The notes beneath the pieces were generated by a model. It ran no database searches and was not told the origin of the DNA. It saw nothing but the letters and a program-made list of their open reading frames with translations. Positions 40,706 through 50,080 of a DNA stretch of 64,000 nt are shown here, one piece after another. A program made the position numbers and the translations under genes. The DNA is taken from positions 165,586-229,585 of the forward strand of contig CAXXWC010000020.1 of NCBI GenBank assembly GCA_963668645.2, in the 5' to 3' direction. Source of the stretch: Desulfobacterales bacterium. GTDB taxonomy: Bacteria > Desulfobacterota > Desulfobacteria > Desulfobacterales > UBA2174. Each line of letters begins with the position of its first letter. Positions within the stretch are counted from its first letter, which is position 1.

Positions 40706-41562
40706 AGCGCGACCTGCGCCGTGATATGATCGATCCATCTCACGAGAAGCTGAGCATCGTACGCCAATGTGACATGCTGAACATTTGCCGTTCCTCATTT
40801 TACTACAAATGCAAGCCGATCAAGCCCGAGGACTTGGCGCTGATGCGCCTGATTGACGAACAGTTCCTCAAGACACCGACCTGGGGCAGCCGCAAGATGG
40901 CCGATTGGCTCTGGCGGCATCATGGCATGAAAAAGAATCGCAAGCGGATCCAGCGCCTGATGCGACTGATGGGCCTTAAGGCGATCTACCCGCGGCCACG
41001 AACCACACAGCCTCATCCCGGGCATAAAGTCTATCCGTACCTGCTGCGAGGTGTGGCCATCGAGCGGCCCAACCAAGTGTGGTCGGCCGATATCACCTAC
41101 ATCCCGATGCGCCGGGGCTATATGTATCTTGTGGCCATCATTGACTGGTACAGCCGAAAGACGCTGTCCTGGCGCGTGTCGAATACGATGGAGGCCGACT
41201 TTTGCGTCGAGGCCCTGGAAGAGGCCCTGGCGCGCTATGACAAACCGCAGATTTTCAACACCGACCAAGGCTCCCAGTTTACCAGCACGATCTTTACTGA
41301 ACGGCTCAGGGACCACCAGGTGGCCATCTCCATGGACGGCCGGGGCCGCTGCCAGGATAACATCTTTATTGAACGACTGTGGTGGACACTGAAATACGAC
41401 TACATCTACCTACACGCTTTTGACAACGGAAACGAACTTCGCCGGGGGCTCGATAAGTGGTTCTCGTTTTACAACCAGGAGCGCCCTCATCAAAAACTTG
41501 ACGGCAGAACACCGGATGATGTTTATTACGGTTTGCCTGCCACCATGGCTGGGGCTGCCTGA
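40702..41562 (+). CDS. IS3 transposase OrfB (rve/DDE)
   Basis: PNQVWSADITY, NTDQGSQF and DNIFIERLW. It is in the -1 frame and overlaps orfA at CTGA; a slippery T-run lies near 40678; the first ATG is 40726. Confidence 0.92.
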   Translation: MKRDLRRDMIDPSHEKLSIVRQCDMLNICRSSFYYKCKPIKPEDLALMRLIDEQFLKTPTWGSRKMADWLWRHHGMKKNRKRIQRLMRLMGLKAIYPRPRTTQPHPGHKVYPYLLRGVAIERPNQVWSADITYIPMRRGYMYLVAIIDWYSRKTLSWRVSNTMEADFCVEALEEALARYDKPQIFNTDQGSQFTSTIFTERLRDHQVAISMDGRGRCQDNIFIERLWWTLKYDYIYLHAFDNGNELRRGLDKWFSFYNQERPHQKLDGRTPDDVYYGLPATMAGAA

Positions 41563-42319
41563 TGTCCGGATACCAGAACCGGCTTGGAGCTTATTCTACC
41601 AACCAGGCTGTCCAAATAATTGGGTCCACCGCCTTGTTATAGGTTGAATCGATGACATTGATTATGGTTCCGAGGACAAAGTTCGGGATGCTGTTCTGGT
41701 CTATCTGATCCCCCTGAACGGCAGCCTGCAGCAGACTCATATCCTTCTTGCCCGATCCTGATGTATTCGTATGGGAAGGCTTGCCTTTTTTGGAAATCCG
41801 CTTCATCGAAAGCTCCTTTGCTCAGGTGGTCATCGATCTGGACGATTGCCGTTTGCAACAACGCTTTGACTTCCGTAAGGGTGAAGTGAATATTAAATAT
41901 CGCTTCTGCTACTGACCATGGAACGGGGGCTGGAGATCTCCTGGAAGACGGAAAGGGCACCGTTTACCAGCAAAAGCAGCTGCATAATACACAAGGCATG
42001 AACGTACTTCAATATAAAATTTGAAGAAAATATAAAAATAATATAAATTTTGTTAAAAAACTAGGAAATGGGCCTTCTCGGGATGCCGGCGGTGCATCAC
42101 GGATCAAACCCTCTTTGCCATGCCATTGCGATTGTCAGTGAGGAATCTGCAGTTGCGCAGATTGGCGAAAAAAGGTGATAATTTAAAATGTCTGACACGC
42201 AAAGAGAGCCGATCCTGACTTTTGCCGGCGACCATCAGTCAGTCGCCATTGCTTTGAAATTCCGGGTGCGTTATGAGCAATTAGGGTAGTCCTCTAAACC
42301 TTTACCAAGGGGAGAGATC

Positions 42320-43105
42320 ATGAAAACACGCATGGGCATATGGAAGATCGTGGGATGGGCTCTGGCCCTATGCGCCGTGGTGCTCGTGGGGCCGAAAGAA
42401 GCAAGATCCGCCAACGACTGGCTCAAGCTCGGCGGCGACCTGCTTAAACAGGCCACCGGCCAATCCGGCCCCGGGCAGACCTCGGGCGGCACCTCCCTGA
42501 TGCCCGACGAGATTGTCCAGGGGCTCAAGGAAGCCTTGCGGGTCGGAACGGGAAGGGTTGTAGATCGGCTGGGGGCAAGTGACGGGTTCAACGCCGATCC
42601 CAGGATCCACATCCCCCTGCCCCAGACCCTGCAAAGGGTTCATACGGCCCTGTCGCGCGTCGGCATGGGCGGATTGACCGAGGATCTGGAGCTGCGCCTT
42701 AACCGGGCCGCCGAGGCCGCCGTGCCCAAGGCAAAGGATCTGTTCGTAAACGCCATCTCCCAGATGACCATCGATGATGTTCAGGCAATCTGGAAGGGGG
42801 CGCCCGACGCCGCAACCCGTTATTTCGAGGGCAAGATGAGCGCGCCGCTGGCCGAGGCCATGCGCCCGGTGGTCGAAAAGAGCCTGGCCCAGGCCGGCGC
42901 GGTCAAGGCCTATGATCAGGTCATGGGCAAATACAGCAGCCTGCCGTTCGTGCCCGATCTGAAGGCCGACCTGACCGGGCATGTGCTCGATTACGGGCTT
43001 TCGGCGGTCTTTTCCTATCTGGCGCAGGAAGAAGCCGCCATCCGGGCCGATCCGGCGCGGCGCACCACCGAGCTGCTGCAAAAGGTGTTCGGTTCGCCAG
43101 ACTGA
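42320..43105 (+). CDS. DUF4197 family exported protein
   Basis: GLKEAL, DGF..DP.IHIPLP, LNRAAEAA, AATRYF and EEAAIRADP..RTTELL.KVFG. Confidence 0.88.
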   Translation: MKTRMGIWKIVGWALALCAVVLVGPKEARSANDWLKLGGDLLKQATGQSGPGQTSGGTSLMPDEIVQGLKEALRVGTGRVVDRLGASDGFNADPRIHIPLPQTLQRVHTALSRVGMGGLTEDLELRLNRAAEAAVPKAKDLFVNAISQMTIDDVQAIWKGAPDAATRYFEGKMSAPLAEAMRPVVEKSLAQAGAVKAYDQVMGKYSSLPFVPDLKADLTGHVLDYGLSAVFSYLAQEEAAIRADPARRTTELLQKVFGSPD

Positions 43106-43114
43106 TCCGCCTCC

Positions 43115-44341
43115 ATGCGCCTTTTGCCCATTCTTATTTTCGTGCTGACCTATCTCGGGGTGGCCTTGGGCCGGATTCCCGGCCTCGCCCTGGATCGAAC
43201 CGGTATCGCCCTGCTGGGCGCCATCGCTATGGTGGCCAGCGGGGCATTGCCGGTGGACTCCGCCCTGGCGGCCATCGATCACGGCACGATTCTGCTCCTT
43301 TTTGCACTGATGATCGTATCGGCCCAACTGCGCCTGGGCGGGTTCTACACTTGGGCCGCCTTGCGAAGCAGCGCCCTGCTTCATCGGCCGCGCCTTTTCC
43401 TGCTTGCCAGCATGGGGCTCAGCGCCATGCTCAGTGCCATGCTGGCCAACGACATCGTCTGTCTGGCCTTTACGCCCGTCATCGCCTTGAGTGTCCGCAA
43501 CGCCGGACTGAACCCTGTTCCCTATCTGCTTGGATTGGCACTGGCGAGTAACATCGGCTCGGCGGCCACCATCATCGGAAACCCTCAGAACATGCTTATC
43601 GGTCAGGTCGGACGTCTGGCCTTCGGCCCTTTCATCTTCTGGTCCATGCCGCCCGTGCTGGCGGCTCTGGCAGCGGCCTTCGGGCTGCTTTGCTGGCGCT
43701 ACCACAGGCGTTTTGTTGTGCCGCAAGCCGTTTCTGCCGTCCTGGATGCGCCGGTCCTGCAACCCTTCAACCGCTGGCAGAGCACCAAGGGCCTGGCCGC
43801 TGCCACCGTCTTGGTGCTCTTTTTCTTCACCGGTTTTCCCCGTGAACTGTCGGCTCTGGCCGTTGCCGGGGTTTTGCTTTGCAGCCGCCGCATGAAGTCG
43901 CGCCAGATATTGACCCTGGTCGACTGGCACCTGATCACTCTTTTTTGCGCCCTGTTCATCGTTATCGAGGGAATCAGTCTGCAAGGCGTCCCGGATAGGG
44001 CCCTGGCTCGAATGACCGAAGGGGGCGTGTCGATCCAGAACCTCTATATTCTCTCGGTGACGGCCACCGTCCTGAGCAATCTGGTGAGCAATGTGCCGGC
44101 CGTGATGTTGATGGTTCGCTTTCTGGATGCTGCCATACCGGTGCAATGGTACGTGCTGGCAGTGGCCAGCACTTTTGCCGGCAACCTGATCCTGATCGCC
44201 TCCATTGCCAATCTGATCGTCGCCGAGCAGGCCCGTATTTGCGAAATCGAAATCGGTTTTCGCGAACACGCCGCCATCGGAGTACCGGTGACCCTCGTTT
44301 CCCTCCTCATACTGGTGGCCTGGATTGTGCTTTCGGGCTGA
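43115..44341 (+). CDS. ArsB/NhaD (SLC13-like) anion permease
   Basis: LDRTGIALLGA, ASNIGSAATIIGNPQN, SNLVSNVPA and STFAGNL. Confidence 0.88.
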   Translation: MRLLPILIFVLTYLGVALGRIPGLALDRTGIALLGAIAMVASGALPVDSALAAIDHGTILLLFALMIVSAQLRLGGFYTWAALRSSALLHRPRLFLLASMGLSAMLSAMLANDIVCLAFTPVIALSVRNAGLNPVPYLLGLALASNIGSAATIIGNPQNMLIGQVGRLAFGPFIFWSMPPVLAALAAAFGLLCWRYHRRFVVPQAVSAVLDAPVLQPFNRWQSTKGLAAATVLVLFFFTGFPRELSALAVAGVLLCSRRMKSRQILTLVDWHLITLFCALFIVIEGISLQGVPDRALARMTEGGVSIQNLYILSVTATVLSNLVSNVPAVMLMVRFLDAAIPVQWYVLAVASTFAGNLILIASIANLIVAEQARICEIEIGFREHAAIGVPVTLVSLLILVAWIVLSG

Positions 44342-44697
44342 AAACCCGCCCCGGCCCTTCGCACACCGCCTGACATTGGCCGCCATCGCCTGCCTGAAAG
44401 ACCGAAAACGGAACGTTCGATTCTTTTTGCCTTTAAAAAAAACGGAATAGCCGGTTCCGAAGTGATCGATCCGTCAGCCCGTTGCGGCGGCCGGATAGAG
44501 GGCAACGGCGGTTCATTTATCCGCATCTTCATCGCCTGGCGCACGCCCTGAATTTTCTCAAATGGGGCAGGATATACCGGGTGGCACCATAACTATCCGG
44601 GAGGAAAGATGAAATCCTCCAGGGAGAACAAGATGGAAATTCCGCCGGTTTTCACCTCCTCCGCCAGAACCGCCGGTGCCTTACGGTGTGCACGATT

Positions 44698-44713
44698 TGG
44701 CACGCGTGTTGCT
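44698..44713 (+). promoter_or_regulatory. Sigma-54 (-24/-12) promoter
   Basis: TGGCACGCGTGTTGCT matches consensus TGGCACG-N4-TTGCW, about 80 bp upstream of ATG 44791. Confidence 0.8.
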
Positions 44714-44790
44714 CAGCGGCAGATGTGCCGCCGAGCGCCGAGAAGTGGCAACCGGGCTATGTGAAGCCAGAGCGTCAAGGGGAAAAGGTG

Positions 44791-45069
44791 ATGAAGAAGA
44801 AAAAGGAACATCAGGGACAAAATAGTTGTGAAACCGTCAGCGGGGTGCTTGTTCCCGGCGAATGGGATGATAACGGCCGGCTTACCGGAATGATCCTTTC
44901 GGCTTTCGATGACGAGGAATACCGGATCGAGAACAGTCAAAAGTTTCTTGAACTGGCCGATCAGCACATCGAGGCGAGCGGTGTCATCCGGCGGGACCGC
45001 AAGTCGTTTCGCACCATCAATATTAAAAGATTCAGCCTGATCGACCCTTCTTTCGGCGTCAGTGAATGA
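44791..45069 (+). CDS. Hypothetical protein
   Basis: 92-aa ORF with a purine-rich RBS, downstream of the sigma-54 site. Confidence 0.65.
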   Translation: MKKKKEHQGQNSCETVSGVLVPGEWDDNGRLTGMILSAFDDEEYRIENSQKFLELADQHIEASGVIRRDRKSFRTINIKRFSLIDPSFGVSE

Positions 45070-45169
45070 AAGTGGATAAGGATTCCAGCAAGCGATGCAC
45101 CTGAAGAGGCACCATACAGGTGCACACGTGCTGCACGAGGCATGTTGATTATTGCGTGAGGAGCCGCTG

Positions 45170-45559
45170 ATGGGCGTGTCAACTGATTTCAAACCGGCTG
45201 ATCGCGAACAGATGTTTCCTTACTTCAGGCAGTTGCTCCACAAGCAGCTCGCCGAGTTGCTCACCGGACTGCAGAACATAAGCCTGGATCGGGGTGAAAC
45301 GGACGAATTTGCAGCCGATCTTCTCGATCGGGCCGCCAATGATCGGGACCGGGGCATCATCGAGCGCATCCGCAGTCGTGAAGGCCGTCTGATCCAGAAG
45401 ATCGAAGATGCCCTGGCCCGCATTGAGGACGGCACTTACGGCATATGCGAATGCTGCGGCGAAGAGATCGATCTGGCCCGTTTGAATGCCCGACCGATGA
45501 CCACATACTGCATCGAGTGCAAAATCGCGTTGGAAAAAATGGAGCGCGTATCCGGCTGA
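45170..45559 (+). CDS. dksA: DksA/TraR C4 zinc-finger protein
   Basis: DLLDRA coiled-coil tip; GTYGICECCGEEI...RL.ARP.TTYCIEC. Confidence 0.85.
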   Translation: MGVSTDFKPADREQMFPYFRQLLHKQLAELLTGLQNISLDRGETDEFAADLLDRAANDRDRGIIERIRSREGRLIQKIEDALARIEDGTYGICECCGEEIDLARLNARPMTTYCIECKIALEKMERVSG

Positions 45560-45594
45560 CTGCCGCCAATGAACATAAAAATAGGAGGAAAACC

Positions 45595-45942
45595 ATGAAA
45601 TTGAAATTCTGGCAGAAAGATACTCCCGACGGTACAGAACCGCGAATGTCCAAACCCAAGGAAATCCCCGATCAGATCGGCCGCTACCTGGTGGTGACCC
45701 TCAAGCAAAATCCGGACTGGGTCTGGGGCCTGATGGTCGTTTATCGGGATCGGCCCGGGGGCGGAAGCGTCCGTGATATTCTCGTCTTCGATCCGAAGGC
45801 GGCCCTCCAAAGCGGCATCGAAATCCGTGATTACAACCGATTGGCCGAAAATCCGGAATTGATTCTGTTCCAGGGCTGGCATGACAAGGCCCGCAATCTC
45901 ATCGAAATAAAGCCCACCGCCGCGACCCGCGACGTGGCCTGA
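45595..45942 (+). CDS. Hypothetical protein
   Basis: Strong RBS AGGAGG; 115-aa ORF between dksA and HU. Confidence 0.7.
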   Translation: MKLKFWQKDTPDGTEPRMSKPKEIPDQIGRYLVVTLKQNPDWVWGLMVVYRDRPGGGSVRDILVFDPKAALQSGIEIRDYNRLAENPELILFQGWHDKARNLIEIKPTAATRDVA

Positions 45943-46032
45943 AGACCGGCGCCGCTGACCGGATCCAGGCCCGAGGGCCTGCGATCCATCATCGGCGGCC
46001 GCTGCACCTTCCAAGAAAGGAGTGTCTTTTCA

Positions 46033-46305
46033 ATGAACAAGCAGGAATTGATCGCCGAAATCGAAACTGTTTTAGCCGACCGTAAGGCCGCCGCTGCCGC
46101 CCTCGACAGCCTCCTGGCCCAAATCCGCCTCGCCCTGCAAAATGGAGATGCGGTGACGTTGAGCGGGTTCGGCACCTTCAAGGTGGCCCAGCGCCAGGCG
46201 CGCACCGGACGCAACCCCAAAACCGGAGATACGATCACCATTCCAGCCCACCGGGCCGTCAAGTTCGTTCCGGGAAAGGCCCTGCGCGACGACATCGACG
46301 GCTGA
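46033..46305 (+). CDS. HU family DNA-binding protein
   Basis: MNKQELI...GFGTF...ARTGRNPKTG...F.PGKAL. Confidence 0.93.
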   Translation: MNKQELIAEIETVLADRKAAAAALDSLLAQIRLALQNGDAVTLSGFGTFKVAQRQARTGRNPKTGDTITIPAHRAVKFVPGKALRDDIDG

Positions 46306-46344
46306 TTGGGATTATCCCGCCGCCTTTTGAACTCGGCACCGGCA

Positions 46345-46381
46345 GCGGCCGGAGGGTTGGCGCCCTCCGGCCGCGCCTTTT
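46345..46381 (+). terminator. Intrinsic terminator after HU
   Basis: Perfect 12-bp stem GCGGCCGGAGGG-ttggcg-CCCTCCGGCCGC, followed by GCCTTTT. Confidence 0.65.
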
Positions 46382-46466
46382 CCGTCGCCCCCATCTTTTC
46401 TATAGGGCCAGCAGGGACGCGCTACAGCGCCACCCACCCCCTTGGTGAATCGGTTTTGGTAAAATC

Positions 46467-46516
46467 AAATTGGCTTGACCAATATCCCTTTGGCTGGTAT
46501 TGGTTGGTACCAATTT
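46467..46516 (+). promoter_or_regulatory. Two FadR-type operator boxes overlapping a sigma-70-like promoter
   Basis: AATTGGCTTGACCAAT and ATTGGTTGGTACCAATT; TTGACC-N17-TATTGG. Confidence 0.7.
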
Positions 46517-46538
46517 GAACCCTGATCCCGGGATTCCC

Positions 46539-47240
46539 ATGCTTCGCTCGTCTTATCGCTATCAAAACGTTGCCCAACGCCTGCGCGGACTCATGGACGC
46601 CGGCCGCCTCCGCAGCGGGGACCGCCTGCCCCCCGAGCGGGTGCTGGCCCGGGACTATCAGGTCTCGCGCAACTGTGTGCGACAGGCGATTCAGACGCTG
46701 CAGCAGGAAGGCCGGCTCGTCAGCCGCCAGGGTGCGGGCAACTTCGTGGCCGACAAAACTCCGGAATCGGCCGACAAGGCCCTTGGCCGGGCCATCCGGG
46801 CCCAACGCCAGCGGTTGCGAGAAGTCATCGCCTTTCGCCGCATGCTCGAACCGAACATCGCTGCCCTGGCTGCCGCCCACATCCGGCCCGCGCAGCTCCA
46901 GCGGCTCAAGGCCATCGTCTGCGACCAGGATCGGCGCCAGGTTGCCGGACAGCCGGACATTACCCTGGACAGAGCCTTCCACCGCCTGCTGGCCAAAGCC
47001 ACCGGCAACCGTGTTATCCAAGAGGTCTTTGCCGCTATCGAAGAGATCCTCGACGAGAGCCGCGCCGATTCACTGCAAACCGACGACCGCCAGCGGTTGT
47101 CGGTCCTCGGGCACCTGAAGATCATCGATGCACTGGAAAACCGCGACGGCCCTGCGGCGGCCGAAGCCATGGACCGCCATCTGGCCATCGTCAACCACAG
47201 TCTCGAACGCCCGGAGCCTGTGCCACCACTTGAAACCTGA
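46539..47240 (+). CDS. FadR/GntR family regulator
   Basis: GDRLPPER.LA...VSRNCVRQA...QGAG.FV; FCD motif D.AFH..LA.ATGN. Confidence 0.9.
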   Translation: MLRSSYRYQNVAQRLRGLMDAGRLRSGDRLPPERVLARDYQVSRNCVRQAIQTLQQEGRLVSRQGAGNFVADKTPESADKALGRAIRAQRQRLREVIAFRRMLEPNIAALAAAHIRPAQLQRLKAIVCDQDRRQVAGQPDITLDRAFHRLLAKATGNRVIQEVFAAIEEILDESRADSLQTDDRQRLSVLGHLKIIDALENRDGPAAAEAMDRHLAIVNHSLERPEPVPPLET

Positions 47241-47266
47241 GATTCATTTCCACTAGAGGCAAAATC

Positions 47267-48082
47267 ATGACCCTGTTGTTTTTCATCTATCTGGCCGTCG
47301 GTGCCGTCGCCGGCATCCTTGCCGGGCTGCTCGGCATCGGCGGCGGGCTGGTTATCGTACCGATGCTCGTTTTCTGCTTTTCCTGGCAGGGGCTGGACCC
47401 GGACATCATCATGCACTTGGCCCTTGGCACCTCCATGGCTTCGATCATGTTCACCTCGGTGTCGAGCTTCCGTGCCCACCACCGCCGCGGCGCGGTGCAC
47501 TGGGACGTGGTCCGGCGCATCGTTCTCGGCATCCTCATCGGCACCTTTCTCGGATCGTGCTTCGCCGCCCGCATGAGCACCAACTTTCTCAAAGGCTTTT
47601 TCGTGGTCTTTCTCTACTACGTGGCCGTGCAGATGATCGGCAACAAAAAGCCCAAACCGTCTCGCCAGCTGCCCGGCCGCGGCGGCATGTTCGCCGTTGG
47701 CAACGTCATCGGCGCGGTGTCCAGCCTGGTGGGCATCGGCGGCGGGAGCCTCTCTGTCCCCTTCATGGTGTGGTGCAACATCCCGGTCCACCACGCCATC
47801 GGCACTTCGGCGGCCATCGGTTTTCCCATCGCCATCGCTGGCACCATCGGCTATATCTACAACGGCCTGCGGACCCCGCTGCACGACCCGGCCATGTTCG
47901 GCTACATCTACCTGCCGGCCCTGGCCGGAATCGTGGTGGCCAGTGTGCTCACCGCCCCGCTGGGCGCCCGGCTGGCCCATAGCCTGCCGGTGAACCGGCT
48001 CAAGCGGATTTTTGCCGTCTTACTGCTGCTGGTGGCCACGCGCATGCTTTGGGGGTTGTTGAAATCCCTGGGGGTGTTTTAG
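47267..48082 (+). CDS. Sulfite exporter TauE/SafE family protein
   Basis: AGLLGIGGG, ALGTS, SLVGIGGG and AIGTSAA. Confidence 0.9.
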   Translation: MTLLFFIYLAVGAVAGILAGLLGIGGGLVIVPMLVFCFSWQGLDPDIIMHLALGTSMASIMFTSVSSFRAHHRRGAVHWDVVRRIVLGILIGTFLGSCFAARMSTNFLKGFFVVFLYYVAVQMIGNKKPKPSRQLPGRGGMFAVGNVIGAVSSLVGIGGGSLSVPFMVWCNIPVHHAIGTSAAIGFPIAIAGTIGYIYNGLRTPLHDPAMFGYIYLPALAGIVVASVLTAPLGARLAHSLPVNRLKRIFAVLLLLVATRMLWGLLKSLGVF

Positions 48083-48094
48083 CCGTCCGGCGGT

Positions 48095-50008
48095 TTACAA
48101 CTTCTTTTCCACCCAGGCGGCCACCTCCGGGTAGGGGTATCCGCCCAGGCGGCCGAACCCGGCCAACCGTGTGGCTTGGGCGCGTACGAGGCCCGGGGTG
48201 CTGATCCCGCACAAGAAACGGGTGGCCTGGGTGGCTGTGGGGCGGGCCTCGAGTCTGGCGGCCAGCGGGTCGATCAGTCGCTGGAAATCGGCGTCGGGAA
48301 GGGGTGGCCGGTCGATGGCCGGCATGGCCCGCTGCGCGCCGGTCCGGCAGGCGGAACAGCGTTTGCACGGGCCTTCGATGGTCTCGCCGAAGTAGGCCGA
48401 AAGGGCCCGGGCCAGGCAATCCGAATCCTCGAAGAGGGCCACCATATCGGCGATGCGCCTGATTTCGTGGGCCTCGCGGCGTTGGAACCGGGCGTGCAGA
48501 CGCTCGGCAAGCGCCGGCGGATCGAAGCCGGCATCGAGGATCGCATAGACCTCTACGCTGGTCTTGGGTTTGAGTTCGATCCACCCCTGGCCGTCGAAAT
48601 AGTCCAGCGCGGCCAGTACCCGGTTGCGGTCGGAGCCGCTTTTTTCCATGATGGCCGCGATGTCCGGCTCGCTCCAGACCCGGGCGGTGCGGCAGTTGGA
48701 AAATATCGTTTCGACAAAGCCGCGCCGCGGGCCGGCGAACTTTTCCACGATGGTTTGCGCATCGAGGAGAAGCTTGAACGGATAGCTCTCGAAATAGCTG
48801 TATTGGGGCCGGATCACCCCTTCCAGCTCCAGGTAGACCAGCAGGGTTTTGAGCGGCAGCAGCCGGATGTCCGTTTCCCGCGAAAGCTCGTAGAGACGCA
48901 CCTCCCAGCGCCTCCCGGCGCACCCCTCGATGGCCTCCAGCACCCGACGGATCCCGTCTTTTTCCGGGGTGTCGCCGTAGGCGAAGTTTTCCAGCACCGG
49001 CACATCGCCGCGGTTGCCCAGGACCGTGCATACCGAAAGGGTTCCGTCGCGTCCGGCCCGGCCGATTTCCTGGCTGTAGCCCTCGATGGACTTGGGAAGG
49101 TCGTAGTGGATCACCTTGCGGATGTCGCCCTTGTCGATGCCCATGCCGAAAGCGATGGTGGCCGTCACCACCCGGATCGCGCCGTCCATGAATCCGTTCT
49201 GGACCGCCTCGCGCGCCGCTGCATCCATCCCGGCGTGGTAGGCCGCCGCCGAGATCCCGCCGGCGGCCAGGGTCGCGGCCACCGTCTCGGCCGTCTTTTG
49301 CAGTGTGACATAGACGATGGCCGGCCCGGCCGGCGGCCGGGCCAGGGTCTCCAAAAGGGACCTGTCCTTGGCATCGGCACGGCTCGGGCGGACCTCGAGC
49401 TGGAGGTTCTGGCGGTAAAACCCGGTCACCGTGACGTTTTCGGCCGGGATGACGAACTTTTGGCGCATGTCCACCACCACCTCAGGGGTCGCCGTGGCGG
49501 TGAGCAGCAGTACCTGGCCGATGCCGAACTCGGTCCGGTAGACGGGGATCTTGAGATAGTCGGGCCGGAAGTTATGCCCCCACTCGCTGATGCAGTGGGC
49601 CTCGTCGACCACCAGCAAGGAAACGTTCATCTTGGCCAGATGGGCCCGGAAACGTTCGTTCTTGAAGCGTTCGACGCTGATCATCAGGATCTTTACACGC
49701 CCGTTGCGGGCATCGTCCAGGGCCTGCTGAAAGGCGGCGGGCGTCATGCCCGAATCGAGCTTGGCCGCCGGAATCTTCTTTTGCAGCAAAAAATCGAGCT
49801 GGTCCTTCATCAGCGAGAGCAGTGGCGAGACCACCAGCGTCAGCCCGCAAAGGTGCAGCGCCGGCAACTGGTAGCAGAGCGACTTTCCCGCTCCGGTGGG
49901 AAAGATGGCCACGGCCGACTGGCCGGCAACGATCCTTTCGACCACTTCCTGCTGGCCTTTGAGAAACTGGTCGAATCCGAATCGGGCCTTGAGGCTTTTC
50001 AGGAGCAT
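48095..50008 (-). CDS. recQ: RecQ family ATP-dependent DNA helicase
   Basis: PTGAGKSLCYQ, VDEAHCISEWGHNFRPDY, TATA, AFGMGIDK, QEIGRAGRDG and the zinc-binding cysteines. Confidence 0.93.
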   Translation of the reverse strand: MLLKSLKARFGFDQFLKGQQEVVERIVAGQSAVAIFPTGAGKSLCYQLPALHLCGLTLVVSPLLSLMKDQLDFLLQKKIPAAKLDSGMTPAAFQQALDDARNGRVKILMISVERFKNERFRAHLAKMNVSLLVVDEAHCISEWGHNFRPDYLKIPVYRTEFGIGQVLLLTATATPEVVVDMRQKFVIPAENVTVTGFYRQNLQLEVRPSRADAKDRSLLETLARPPAGPAIVYVTLQKTAETVAATLAAGGISAAAYHAGMDAAAREAVQNGFMDGAIRVVTATIAFGMGIDKGDIRKVIHYDLPKSIEGYSQEIGRAGRDGTLSVCTVLGNRGDVPVLENFAYGDTPEKDGIRRVLEAIEGCAGRRWEVRLYELSRETDIRLLPLKTLLVYLELEGVIRPQYSYFESYPFKLLLDAQTIVEKFAGPRRGFVETIFSNCRTARVWSEPDIAAIMEKSGSDRNRVLAALDYFDGQGWIELKPKTSVEVYAILDAGFDPPALAERLHARFQRREAHEIRRIADMVALFEDSDCLARALSAYFGETIEGPCKRCSACRTGAQRAMPAIDRPPLPDADFQRLIDPLAARLEARPTATQATRFLCGISTPGLVRAQATRLAGFGRLGGYPYPEVAAWVEKKL

Positions 50009-50080
50009 GGCCTGTCCATCATGCCGAAAAAACAGCTGGTTGTTTTACCCGATGCCACCAACAGCGCGCCGCAAGCGCCC

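Larger units (their letters stand above)
40356..41633 (+). mobile_element. IS3-family insertion sequence, 1278 bp, 3-bp target duplication TTG
   Basis: Left end GGCGGTGGTCCCCAAAAACTGGACA; right end reverse complement GGCGGTGGACCCAATTATTTGGACA; TTG at 40353-40355 and 41634-41636. Confidence 0.93.
37688..41806 (-). pseudogene. 945-aa MACPF-like protein gene interrupted by an IS3-family element
   Basis: Removing 40356-41633 and one TTG restores the frame (VIDSTYNNTPIFNLAN); RBS AAGGAG before ATG 41806; FYAHVGTHFV resembles the MACPF signature. Confidence 0.75.
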
